Assembly: GCA_041690395.1 (NCBI GenBank)
Contig: JAWLHJ010000004.1
Span: 433,365 to 497,364 of the forward strand
Source: Longimicrobiales bacterium
GTDB lineage: Bacteria; Gemmatimonadota; Gemmatimonadetes; Longimicrobiales; Gaopeijiaceae
Length of the DNA stretch: 64,000 bases
Direction: 5' to 3'
Positions 7,745 to 17,222 of the stretch are shown here, in pieces (position 1 is the first letter of the stretch; the number at the start of each line of letters is the position of its first letter). A model generated the notes under the pieces. It did no database searches and was not told the origin of the DNA. It saw only the letters and a list, made by a program, of their open reading frames with translations. The translations under genes and the position numbers were made by a program.

Positions 7745-9247
7745 TCAGCGCCGCCTCAAGCGCTGATCGCCCGGTAGAACGATCGTGCTGACCGTCCCGT
7801 CGTCGTCCCGTTCGAACGTCAGGGTCTGGGCGTCGGAGGCGTCGAAGAAGCTATCGTCGACCCCGGCATCCGCGTGCAACGTGTAGGTCCCCTGCTCCGG
7901 CACGTCGAACAGGAGGACCCCGTCGCCCGCTCGCATCGTGACCACGAAGTCCGGCTCATCCTCGAGCTCGTATTCGCCGGCGTACTCGGCGAGCTTCGTG
8001 GCCTCGAGCATCCTGTGCGCCCGCACCTCCGCGCGCGGCCTCGGCCAGTCGTAGGCATCCGCCAGCGCGCGTAGCACCTCGGCGGCGAGTTGGGCGCCGC
8101 GGTCGCCGTTGGTCATCACGACGGCGCCGTCGCCCAGGGCCGGGAAGACGATCCACTGGGCGCGGAACCCCGCGTTCGATCCGCCGTGGCCGAAGCTGAG
8201 CGTCTCGCCCTCCCCTTCGATGCCGAACCCGAGGCCGTACGAGTCGAACCCCTCCTCGCCGAAGCGGTGCGGCTCGAGCATGGTCTCCAGGGTCGCCCGC
8301 GATACGACCCCGTCCGGCGCGCTTCCTCCGAGGATATCGAGCAGATGCCCGGACAGGGTCAGGAGATCGGAGGGGGTAGTCCACAGGCCGGCCGCCGCCT
8401 GCTCTGGGTAGTTGTGCCATTCCCCTTCGACCTCCGAGCCGTCACCCCGGTGACCGCGCGAGGCCTCACCCCAGCGGCCGGGAGGGAGCGGCTGCTCGTA
8501 CGTCGAGCGTGCCATACCCGCGGGATCGAGGACGCGCTCCCGCATCGCCTGTTCGAACGGGTGGCCCGTGACGTCCTCGACCATCTGCTCCATGACCGTG
8601 TATCCCCCTCCGGAATACAGCCATGCGATACCCGGCTCGCGGAACACGCGCACGGAGTCCGTATTGCCGTGACCGTCGAGCACGTCGACGTTCGTCGCGA
8701 CTTCCTCGCCGTCCGCGAACGGCTGATCCTTCCGGTATCCGGGGAAGCCCCAGACCGTGAGGCCGGCCGTGTGCGACAGGATCCCGCGCAGGGTGACCGC
8801 CGAGTCGGCCGTGAACCGGTTCTCGGGGACCTGCCAGCTGGTCAGATGCACATTCACCGGATCGTCGAGGCCCAGGATCCCCTCCTCCGCGAGGCTCATC
8901 GCGCCGAGCGCCGCGACGGGCTTAGAGATCGACGCGGCCTGGAACAGCGTGGTCGACGTGACCGGCGCTCCGGTCTCGGTGTCCGCGACGCCCCAACCCC
9001 GTGCCCACGCGATCTCGCCGTCGTCGAGCACCGCGACACTGAGGCCCGGTACCGCGTAGTGAGCCAGCCGGTCGGTGATCGTATGCGTGACCAAGGGCTC
9101 GCCCTCGAGCTGGACCGCCGGCCGGAGGCTCGAGGCGATCTGGTCCGGGCCGGGCGTCGCGGCGCCACGTCCGTCCGCGGACGGATCGCACGCGGTGGCG
9201 TGCAGCAGGAGGACGGCTACGAGGATGGGGGTCGGGGGAGATCTCAT
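7745..9247 (-). CDS. Serine hydrolase, beta-lactamase class C/AmpC-like family, probable lipoprotein
   Basis: FQAASISK (SxxK), YSGGGY, LSHTAG, HGG motifs; lipobox-like ATAC; extra C-terminal domain. Confidence 0.88.
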   Translation of the reverse strand: MRSPPTPILVAVLLLHATACDPSADGRGAATPGPDQIASSLRPAVQLEGEPLVTHTITDRLAHYAVPGLSVAVLDDGEIAWARGWGVADTETGAPVTSTTLFQAASISKPVAALGAMSLAEEGILGLDDPVNVHLTSWQVPENRFTADSAVTLRGILSHTAGLTVWGFPGYRKDQPFADGEEVATNVDVLDGHGNTDSVRVFREPGIAWLYSGGGYTVMEQMVEDVTGHPFEQAMRERVLDPAGMARSTYEQPLPPGRWGEASRGHRGDGSEVEGEWHNYPEQAAAGLWTTPSDLLTLSGHLLDILGGSAPDGVVSRATLETMLEPHRFGEEGFDSYGLGFGIEGEGETLSFGHGGSNAGFRAQWIVFPALGDGAVVMTNGDRGAQLAAEVLRALADAYDWPRPRAEVRAHRMLEATKLAEYAGEYELEDEPDFVVTMRAGDGVLLFDVPEQGTYTLHADAGVDDSFFDASDAQTLTFERDDDGTVSTIVLPGDQRLRRR

Positions 9248-9305
9248 GTCGGATGCGCTTGCTTTCGGGTGCTGGCGGTCGGGTCGGCGCCGGGGAGGTG
9301 CCAAC

Positions 9306-10481
9306 CTATGGGTCCGCGCCACGCCCGGGCCAGCCGTCGCCCCGGCCACCAGCGCCCAGTAGCGCGCCCATGCGTGCGGCCAGAGCGAGCGGCTCGTGCA
9401 CGAGTTGCTTCCACGTGACCCGGACGACCCGCAGGCCCGTGCGTGACAGATCCGCGTCCCGGACCCGGTCCCCTTCGAACGAGCGGCGAGACCCGTGGTA
9501 CGCGAAGCCGTCGACCTCGACGACAAGGCCCGCGTTCGGCCAATGGAAGTCCACTTCGTACCCGGACACGACTTGGTTCACGCGCGGACCCGGCAGCCCC
9601 GAGCGTCTCAACAGGCGGAGGAATCGCGCTTCGGCCTCGGAGCGGGTGAGCCGAGGCCCGTCGTCGCCGAGCGCATCGATGAGGCGACGTCCACCGGGGC
9701 GTCCCTTGTATCGTCGGCCGACCGTGACCAGCTCGTCCGGAGTGACCCGTCCACAGGCGAGGGCTTCCGAGATAGCCCTCTCGAGGCCCCGAGGCCGCAG
9801 CATACGAGCAAGATCGAACAGCGTGCGGCCGGGGGTGGTGATGGGCACGCCGTCGAGAACCGTCGTCTCGTCGGGCTCCAGTTCCTCCGGGCGATGGGTC
9901 GCGATGCCCGGCCGACGCGTCCCTCCCCCGGGGCGGATGATGACGTCCACCGTCCGGCGGCGTCCGGCTCGGACGAAGCCCCAGACGACGGCCGCAGAGC
10001 GATGGCTCAGGACCGCGGCGGGCCCGCACGCCAGGCACGCGGCCGTCTCGAGCGCGAGGGGCGGCAGGACCGGACCGACCAGGTAAACGCCGCGGTGGAG
10101 CCGCCTCAGCCGCCCCGACTCGAGTCGCCGGTCGATCATGCCCTTCGAGACGCCGGCGCCGCGGAGCTGTCGGCGGGTCACGACCCCGTGTTGGCGGGCG
10201 GCCAGGCGATCGGCGATCTGGTCGAAGGTCGGGCGGGGGGCGGGCGGGCCGGGCGCGGGGGTGCGGGAGGCCGCTGGGGTGCGGGCGGGCGCGGGGGTGC
10301 GGGCGGGCGCGGGGGCGGGCGCGCGGCCTGGGCCGGCCGGGCTGACGCTTTCGGCCGGGCCCGCCGCGCGTTCGCGCGGGCTGACGCGTTCGGGTGGCCC
10401 CCCGCGACGCGGGACCGCCGCGGGCTCGGGTGAGCCCGGGCGGGGAGAACTGCACGATCCTGCACGGTCGGTCCGGGACAT
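9306..10481 (-). CDS. AbiEi-like N-terminal domain + DUF559 (Vsr-like endonuclease) protein
   Basis: LAARQHGVVTRRQL, LHRGVY, AVLSHRSAA..WG, RTLFDLA, SEAE..F, VDFHW...VVEVDG...H...D..RD. Start codon uncertain; Pro-Ala repeats at the N-terminus. Confidence 0.8.
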   Translation of the reverse strand: MSRTDRAGSCSSPRPGSPEPAAVPRRGGPPERVSPRERAAGPAESVSPAGPGRAPAPAPARTPAPARTPAASRTPAPGPPAPRPTFDQIADRLAARQHGVVTRRQLRGAGVSKGMIDRRLESGRLRRLHRGVYLVGPVLPPLALETAACLACGPAAVLSHRSAAVVWGFVRAGRRRTVDVIIRPGGGTRRPGIATHRPEELEPDETTVLDGVPITTPGRTLFDLARMLRPRGLERAISEALACGRVTPDELVTVGRRYKGRPGGRRLIDALGDDGPRLTRSEAEARFLRLLRRSGLPGPRVNQVVSGYEVDFHWPNAGLVVEVDGFAYHGSRRSFEGDRVRDADLSRTGLRVVRVTWKQLVHEPLALAARMGALLGAGGRGDGWPGRGADP

Positions 10482-10618
10482 GGTGGGTTTTCCTCGCTGA
10501 GCGGGGCAAAGTGCACAGTGGGGGGGCGCCGTCCGGATCTCTGAGCGGTTGTCCCCGCATAGCGGGGACAATCCATACAGTCGTCCGCTGGACCCGCACG
10601 ATCGTGCAGTTCTCCCCG
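10441..10618. repeat. 178-bp element bounded by perfect 19-bp inverted repeats with an internal palindrome (REP/MITE-like)
   Basis: CGGGGAGAACTGCACGATC (10441-10459) and GATCGTGCAGTTCTCCCCG (10600-10618); internal TTGTCCCCGC-ATA-GCGGGGACAA (10549-10571). Confidence 0.8.
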
Positions 10619-10681
10619 AGCGCCGGGCCACCGGGCCGCTCGGCCACCGCGCCACCGAGCCGCCGAGCCGCCGGGCCGCCG

Positions 10682-10960
10682 CGCCGGGCCGATGGTCGCG
10701 GCCGGGTAGCCCGGCTTGCCGGCCCGATTACCACGGCCGGGCAGCCCGCCCCGCCCCCCACCCAACATCCGCTGTACGGTGCGCCAGGAGGATGGCCGAA
10801 TGGGCGAGTCGCTCGGTCAGGTAGGCCCACGGCCCGGCCGTCCGCCCCGCCGAGCCGCTGGCCACCGGGCCGCCGGGCCGCCGGGCCGCCGGGCCGATGG
10901 TCGCGGCCGGGTAGCCCGGCTTGCCGGCCCGATCACCACGGCCGGGCAGCCCGCCCCGCC
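10682..10960 (+). repeat. Two near-identical 74-bp direct repeats (10682-10755, 10887-10960)
   Basis: CGCCGGGCCGATGGTCGCGGCCGGGTAGCCCGGCTTGCCGGCCCGAT(T/C)ACCACGGCCGGGCAGCCCGCCCCGCC, one mismatch. Confidence 0.9.
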
Positions 10961-11122
10961 GCCCCCGGGCCGGCCACCCGTCAGGGGATGGTTGGTTGGC
11001 CCACCCCGACCCCGCGCCGCCCGTCACGGATGGTTGGTTGGTTGGATGGGCGCCCACCCCGCCGGCCTGCGCCCACCCCGCCGGCCCGCCCCCCGCGGCC
11101 AGCCGTGCCCGCCAACCCTTCC

Positions 11123-12613
11123 CTACCGCACCCCCACCAGCCCCCGCACGGTCTCGATGAGGGCGGGTGCGTCCCACCCGATCCCGTGGCGGAAGACAAT
11201 CCGGGTGTCGCGGATGTGCCCCATCGACTCGACGTCGCCCTCGATGACGACGAGGTCCGCCGCCTTGCCGGCCTCGACCGTGCCGACCTCCCCGTCGATG
11301 CCCAGCACCTTCGCGCCGTTCGCGCTCATGATCTGGACGACCTCGACGGGCGTGAAGCCGGCCTCGAGCAGGAGCTCGAAGTTGCGCTGGTCACCGAACC
11401 CGGGAGGCGCGGCGCCGTAGCCGGTGGGATCGACGCCGGCTCCGAGCAGCCCCCCGGCCTCGACGAACGCCTTCTCGTACTCGAGCGCCTTCTGGTAGAC
11501 CGCGGGGTCGATGGCACCGCGGCCGGCCCGCCGGTCCTCGGCGATCTGGCGAACCTCTTCGGCGATCTCGGGCGCGAGGATGTCGTAGACCCGCTCCTCG
11601 ATGGGTGGGCGGTCCGCGACGGAGATCTCGTACACGACGAGCGTCGAGGTCATGGGTACGCCGGCCTCGATCATGTCACGGAAGGTCGCCTGGACCTCGG
11701 GGCTCTGGACGTCGAGATCGGCGTAACCGCTCCGGAAGCCCGGCGGGCACTCGTCCGGCCGCTTGTTCGGGTCGTACTCGCTGTTCGCGAACAGGCCGTG
11801 CTCCAGGTTGTCGATGCCGAGCGCGACGGCCTCACGGTATCCGACGGAGCAAAGGTGAGCGGTGACTTTCACCCCGTGCTGGTGCGCCTCCTCGATGGCG
11901 GCTCCGAGCTCGGCCCGGCTGATCCACGTATACGCCTTGAACCAGTCCACGCCCTCCTCGGACCAGTAGCGGACCACACGCCGCGCCTGTTCGGGGCCCT
12001 CGAGGCGGGTCATGCTGACCGGTCCCTGTTCGCCGGTCAGGTACGGACCGGTCGTGAACATCGTGGGTCCGACCGCGTTTCCGACGTCGATCTCGCGCTT
12101 CAGGTTGAGCTCTTCGTAGGGATAGCGGGCGCCCGTCGTCCGGATCGTGGTGATGCCGGAGGCGAGGTAGAGCCGGGATCCGCTGAACGAGAGCTGGGCC
12201 GCGCGGCCGAAGCCCCCCGTGTAGTAGCTGTGGTTGTGGAGTCCGACGAGCCCGGGGATCACCGTGTGGCCCGACAGGTCACGCACCTCGGCACCGGCCG
12301 GCACCTGCACGGAGCCGGTGGCGCCCACCGCGGTGATCCGGTCGCCTTCGATGACCACCGTCTGGCCGGTCCGCGCGGGGGCACCGGTGCCGTCGATCAC
12401 CTTCACGTTGGTGAGTGCGACCACGGGGGCGTCGACCGCGACGAGATCAGCGAACTCGGCCGGCGCACGCTGCTGGGCGGCGGCCGGAGCGGGCGCGGCG
12501 ACCATCGGGACGAGGAGCGCCATAGCAAGAAGAAGGGCCGCCGTGCGATGCCCCACCGCAGGAACGCCCACCGCCCCTGCATCACCCGCACCCGCCAGTC
12601 GTCGATTCCTCAT
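11123..12613 (-). CDS. Secreted amidohydrolase family protein
   Basis: VIPGLVGLHNH, WFKAY, VTAH, LEHG, GTVEAGKAADLVV; ATGA overlap with the multicopper oxidase stop. Confidence 0.88.
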   Translation of the reverse strand: MRNRRLAGAGDAGAVGVPAVGHRTAALLLAMALLVPMVAAPAPAAAQQRAPAEFADLVAVDAPVVALTNVKVIDGTGAPARTGQTVVIEGDRITAVGATGSVQVPAGAEVRDLSGHTVIPGLVGLHNHSYYTGGFGRAAQLSFSGSRLYLASGITTIRTTGARYPYEELNLKREIDVGNAVGPTMFTTGPYLTGEQGPVSMTRLEGPEQARRVVRYWSEEGVDWFKAYTWISRAELGAAIEEAHQHGVKVTAHLCSVGYREAVALGIDNLEHGLFANSEYDPNKRPDECPPGFRSGYADLDVQSPEVQATFRDMIEAGVPMTSTLVVYEISVADRPPIEERVYDILAPEIAEEVRQIAEDRRAGRGAIDPAVYQKALEYEKAFVEAGGLLGAGVDPTGYGAAPPGFGDQRNFELLLEAGFTPVEVVQIMSANGAKVLGIDGEVGTVEAGKAADLVVIEGDVESMGHIRDTRIVFRHGIGWDAPALIETVRGLVGVR

Positions 12614-15048
12614 GACCCTCCCTCCACGTCGAATACGAACCTCATGCCGGCCTCGAGGTGCTCGGCGATGTGACAGTGCACCATCCAGCGGCCCGGATTG
12701 GATATCTCGAGCAGAATGTCCGTCGTGGACCCCGCGGGCAACAGCACGGTGTCTTTCCAGCCGAGATGCTCGTTCAGTACGCCGTTCTGCGAGAGCACCA
12801 GAAACCGTTGTCCGTGGATGTGAAGCGGGTGCTGCATCGCGTGGAAGGAAGTCCGGTCGTTGTGCACCCGGAGCTTCACGACGTCGCCCACGCTGAAGCG
12901 CCAGTCGATGTCCATGTTCTCGCGCCCCGACCGCACGTCGCGAAGGACCCATCGCACACTACGCGCCGACACCGCCCAGTTCATCATGGGCATCGTCCCG
13001 GTCCATTCGACCGGATTGAAGTAGGCCCAGTCGTACCGCATGGACTGCTCGATGGTCATCGGCAGCGAATCCGCCTGCAGCTCCATGACGAGCTCGTGCG
13101 TCACCGGGTCGTCGAATCGGTCGCGCACCCGGTCGATGTCCCAAATGACGTCGTCGTGCTCGCGGAGCACGCCGAACGCCCCGGTCAGGTCGCGCGTCGG
13201 CGCCTCACCCGCCACCGTGACGCGGCCGAGCTCGGTCCGCTCCTCGAGGAAGAGGCCCTGTCGGTGGTTGATCCCCTGGACGTGGTTGACGAGGACCCAG
13301 CTCCCGGCCTCGGGAAAGCGCACGTCGACCACGTACCGCTCGGCCGGCCCGAGGACGACGCTCTCCGCACGGCTCTCCCGCTCGAAGCGGCCCACGTCGG
13401 TGGCGACGACCTTGAGCGGGAGCACGTCGGGGCCGGTGAGGTCCGCGGCGGCATCGGGCCCGGCGGCCAGGCGAGCACCGCCCTCCGTCCCGGCCGTGCC
13501 CTCGGCCACCGCGCCTTCCGGCTCCCCAGCCCGCTGGAACGACAAGTTGAACGTCCGCGTGTTGGCCGCGTTCGTGAGGAAGAACCGCACGACCTCGCCG
13601 GGTCTCGCCTCGAGCCAGTAGTCGGGCTCGCCGTTCACCAGGAGCGTGTTGCCGAACCGTCCCATCAGCGCATGGGTCGCGCCCTCCGCGCCGAAGGGCA
13701 CGACGCCGCGCTCGTCCACGAGCAGGTCGTCGAGCATGAGGACCTCCTCGCGGTGGACCGGGCTCCACGCGTCCGGATCGGGAGGGTCGACCCGCAGGTT
13801 GCCGTAGAGCCCGAGCTCCTGCTGGACGTCCTCGCGGTGGTGCGGATGGTACCAGTAGATCCCCTCGTCCGGGAAGTGGATGCGGTACTGGAACCGTCCC
13901 CCTGGCGACACGGGGTCTTGGGTGACACCGGGCACGCCATCGAAGGCGTTGTCGAGGCGGATGCCGTGCCAGTGAACGGCGGTCGGGAACGGCGTGTCGT
14001 TCGTGAAGTTCACGAAGATGGTCGTGTTGGCGGCCACCTGGATCAGCGGCCCCGGGTGCTGCCCGTTGAAGGCGAGCATCTCGATCTCGCGGCCGCCGAC
14101 CTGCTTGCGGACGAAGCCAGCCGTGAGGTCGAGCGTGCCCCCGTCCGGCAGGCGGACGACATCGCGCGGCCGCACCATGGGCGGCGGGCCGGCGTCCTCG
14201 GGCGCCCGCACGCGGAGCGGCGCCACGTCGGGCTCGAGGGCCATCATGCCGGGCAGCATCTGCACGCCCTCGTACCCGGGCGGCATGGCCCATCCGGAGT
14301 CGCCCGCGCCCGCCATGTCCCCTCCGGCGTGCCCGGCGTGTGCGTCGTCCGGCACTCCGCCGGCCACGGCGGCCCCCGGCGCTCCACCGCCCACGGCGCC
14401 CACGGCACCCTCCGCGTCCCCGGGCGCCCCACCCCCGGGCTCCCCGCCCCCACGCTCCTCCGCGGCCGGCGCGAGCGCGAGGAGGTCGTGAGCTTCCATG
14501 AACGAGGACGGCGACCGGCCGCGGAGCACGAGCGGGCCCTCCCGCTCGGTCACGTCCGCGGACGACTCGGCGGAGATCCAGACCAGGTACTTGCCGAACG
14601 CGATCTCACCGAGCTCCGACGTCCCCTCCCCCACCGCGCCCAGGCGCACGACCGGGTCCAGCTCGAGCGGCGTCGCCCACGCCACGAACGCGTTGTAGGG
14701 GCCCAGCGAAGCGGGGTCGGGCAGCCCCTCGACCCTGACGGACAGCCGGTGGATGTGCCGCCCCTCCGGCGTGACGGTGACGCCGAACGGTGACGCGGGC
14801 CGCTCGAGCGTGACCACTCCCCGTGCATCGCCTCCGGCCGCGGCGGGGATCAGCTCGATGCAACGCAGGTCCCACGCCGGTGGTGGCGCGCCCGCCCCCC
14901 GGCGCTCGGGTGAGTCGGGCCGGGGGACGTCCATGGGGCACCGGGCATCTTCTAGGGTCTGGCCGGCCAGGGGCGCCCGAGCACCCGCGGCCACGACCCA
15001 TGCGAGCGCCAGGACCGCGCCCCTCGAGAGACAGTGCCCGCGGTCCAT
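12610..15048 (-). CDS. Multicopper oxidase with N-terminal extension
   Basis: All four copper motifs present: HWHG, WYHPH, HPLHIHG, HCHIAEHLEAGM. Confidence 0.92.
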   Translation of the reverse strand: MDRGHCLSRGAVLALAWVVAAGARAPLAGQTLEDARCPMDVPRPDSPERRGAGAPPPAWDLRCIELIPAAAGGDARGVVTLERPASPFGVTVTPEGRHIHRLSVRVEGLPDPASLGPYNAFVAWATPLELDPVVRLGAVGEGTSELGEIAFGKYLVWISAESSADVTEREGPLVLRGRSPSSFMEAHDLLALAPAAEERGGGEPGGGAPGDAEGAVGAVGGGAPGAAVAGGVPDDAHAGHAGGDMAGAGDSGWAMPPGYEGVQMLPGMMALEPDVAPLRVRAPEDAGPPPMVRPRDVVRLPDGGTLDLTAGFVRKQVGGREIEMLAFNGQHPGPLIQVAANTTIFVNFTNDTPFPTAVHWHGIRLDNAFDGVPGVTQDPVSPGGRFQYRIHFPDEGIYWYHPHHREDVQQELGLYGNLRVDPPDPDAWSPVHREEVLMLDDLLVDERGVVPFGAEGATHALMGRFGNTLLVNGEPDYWLEARPGEVVRFFLTNAANTRTFNLSFQRAGEPEGAVAEGTAGTEGGARLAAGPDAAADLTGPDVLPLKVVATDVGRFERESRAESVVLGPAERYVVDVRFPEAGSWVLVNHVQGINHRQGLFLEERTELGRVTVAGEAPTRDLTGAFGVLREHDDVIWDIDRVRDRFDDPVTHELVMELQADSLPMTIEQSMRYDWAYFNPVEWTGTMPMMNWAVSARSVRWVLRDVRSGRENMDIDWRFSVGDVVKLRVHNDRTSFHAMQHPLHIHGQRFLVLSQNGVLNEHLGWKDTVLLPAGSTTDILLEISNPGRWMVHCHIAEHLEAGMRFVFDVEGGS

Positions 15049-15054
15049 CCCGGT

Positions 15055-16782
15055 CTACCGTTTCATCAGGACGCCCGCCACGTCCGGAAGCTCACGCAGC
15101 CGGTGCACGGGAAGCGGATCCCCGACGCTCATCTCCGCATCGTACCGGCCTTCGCTCGCGAACGAGTCGATATCCTCCGGCTCGAGCAGCGCGAACGCGA
15201 GTCCCGCCATGGGCTGGCTCGCCCGGACGAGGTACCCGCCACGCGGGAACACCGCGCTCCGCTCTTCCAGGCTCGTCCAGACCGACCGCTCGTAGTACCC
15301 CTCGGCGGGTGACGACGCGACCTGGACCGAGTCGACGACGAAGCTCTCGACCGTGGTCCGAACCAGCCCGTCCACGCGCTCCACCTGGAGCCCGTGGCGC
15401 ACCAACTCTTCCGCGAGGTCTCCGCGGTGCGCTTCCAGGAAGTAGCCGACCGGACGGGGACGGACGACGACGCCCGAGATCCGGTTCCGGAACGGCACCT
15501 CGAGCTCCAGCACCGTTCCAGTGGGCTCGTATCCTCCGTCCGGCGCACGGCGCATCTCGGGCGTGCGGTACGCGACGGGATCGCCGGGCAACAGCTCGGC
15601 CCGGACGACGATCGTGTCCGCCGCATCGTATACGCTCCCCAGCCGCTCGTTCTCCGCGCGACCCTCCGCCACGGCGGCCATGACCTGTCCTCCGTTTTCG
15701 ACGGCCCAGCGCGAGACGCCTTCCATGGCGAGATAGTGCCAGAGCGCGCGCTCCTCGATGCGCTGCGTCGGGTCCGCGTCCCGGCGACTCTCGAACAGCA
15801 GGCTGATGGCTCCGCGCACGCCCCCATAGCTCCGGAGGATCCTGACTCCGTATCCCGCGGCGAAGATGCCGACCTCGGGAATCGTGGTCGGATCGGAGGG
15901 GAGCAGATGATACGGGAAGTATCCGAAGCCCCCTCCCTCGATCGCCTGGCGCACCGCGTCTGTCGCCGGGCCCGCGGCCAGCTCGCGCACGGAGCGCGGC
16001 GTCGACAGGTGGCTCGGATGCAGCGCGTAGAAGTCGTAGGCGTGCGGCCCCGTCAGCTCGTGCGCGTCGACGGCGACGTGCGGACGCCACGGCACGAGAA
16101 TCTCCTCGACCACGGCACGCGTCTCGGGATTCACGAGGCGGGCGTAGTCACGGTTCACGTTGTAGCCGGCCGGGTTCGTGCGAGTGCCGCTCTCGCCGGC
16201 CTCGCCGGCATCCGGATTGATCTGCGGCACGAACACGAAGACGCCGTCGTTCAACAGGTCACGGGCGTTGCCGAGCGCCAGCTCTCGGGCGAACAGCATC
16301 AGGCCTTCCTTCCCCGCCGGCTCGTTCCCGTGCACGGAGGCCCCGATGAAGACGATCGGCTTGCCGGAAGCGTGCGCCTCCCACGGCTCGGCCACCGCCG
16401 GGTGGGACAGCGTCACCCCGAGCATGGGCCGCCCCTCGCGGGTCCGCCCGATCTCGCTCACCCGGACGTCGTCCGAGTGGCGCGCCAGATTCTCGTAGAA
16501 CTGGACCACCTCGTCGGCCGGCGTCAGCTCGGAGAAATCCGTGCGCTCCGCGTGCGTGCGGAGCTCGGTGGGGAAGTCGGACGGTGGGCTGAGCGGAGCC
16601 TGGCCGGACGCCGCAAGCGGGCCGATGGCGGCCACGAGCATCGCGACCGCGGCGAGTCCGAGCGTGGACGGACCCGACCGAGCGGGGCGCGAGGACGAAC
16701 GAGCCGAACAGGATGGGAGCACGGCGGGCTTCTCCGGTGCGATGGAACGGGTTGGACCGCTCACGCTAATCCGACGCCGCAT
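15055..16782 (-). CDS. Secreted M14 zinc carboxypeptidase family protein
   Basis: VHGNE (HxxE), NPDA, NVNRD, VDAHE motifs; start uncertain (16782 or 16641). Confidence 0.85.
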   Translation of the reverse strand: MRRRISVSGPTRSIAPEKPAVLPSCSARSSSRPARSGPSTLGLAAVAMLVAAIGPLAASGQAPLSPPSDFPTELRTHAERTDFSELTPADEVVQFYENLARHSDDVRVSEIGRTREGRPMLGVTLSHPAVAEPWEAHASGKPIVFIGASVHGNEPAGKEGLMLFARELALGNARDLLNDGVFVFVPQINPDAGEAGESGTRTNPAGYNVNRDYARLVNPETRAVVEEILVPWRPHVAVDAHELTGPHAYDFYALHPSHLSTPRSVRELAAGPATDAVRQAIEGGGFGYFPYHLLPSDPTTIPEVGIFAAGYGVRILRSYGGVRGAISLLFESRRDADPTQRIEERALWHYLAMEGVSRWAVENGGQVMAAVAEGRAENERLGSVYDAADTIVVRAELLPGDPVAYRTPEMRRAPDGGYEPTGTVLELEVPFRNRISGVVVRPRPVGYFLEAHRGDLAEELVRHGLQVERVDGLVRTTVESFVVDSVQVASSPAEGYYERSVWTSLEERSAVFPRGGYLVRASQPMAGLAFALLEPEDIDSFASEGRYDAEMSVGDPLPVHRLRELPDVAGVLMKR

Positions 16783-16847
16783 CCCACGCAAAGGAGCCGG
16801 GGCCGGCCATGCCCACGCACTGGAGCCCGGGCGACCCGACAGATCCT

Positions 16848-17222
16848 CTAGATTCGCTCGGGCGCCTCGACCGTCCGCTCGTTCCGCCGGTCCCCCGTGT
16901 TCAGCGTGCTCGCCGGCTCCAGCAGGAGCACGTGCGCCTCCTCGTGCGCCACGGGCTTGTGCTCGACGCCCCTCGGCACGATCAGGAAGTCCCCTTGGGA
17001 CAGATGCTCGACGCGGTCCCGGAAATGGATCTCCAGGCTGCCCCGGATCACCAGGAAGAGTTCGTCCTCCTCCTCGTGACGGTGCCAGACGAACGGCCCG
17101 AGGAGCTTCACGAGCTTCACGTGCTGGCCGTTGAGCTCGCCCACGATCTTCGGGCTCCAGTGTTCGTCGAAGAGCGCCAGCTTGTCGGCGAGACGGACCA
17201 CGGGGGGTACCTCGGGTGTCAC
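16848..17222 (-). CDS. Cupin domain protein
   Basis: FDEHWSPKIVGELNGQHVKLVK, FVWHRHEEEDELF, VPRGVEHKP. Confidence 0.9.
   Translation of the reverse strand: MTPEVPPVVRLADKLALFDEHWSPKIVGELNGQHVKLVKLLGPFVWHRHEEEDELFLVIRGSLEIHFRDRVEHLSQGDFLIVPRGVEHKPVAHEEAHVLLLEPASTLNTGDRRNERTVEAPERI

Noticed and set aside
7745..9247. True beta-lactam resistance gene
   Set aside because: The motifs fit the broad serine-hydrolase (esterase/peptidase) family; substrate cannot be read from sequence.
10620..11122. CRISPR array
   Set aside because: Only two long copies, no regular repeat-spacer period, and no cas genes.
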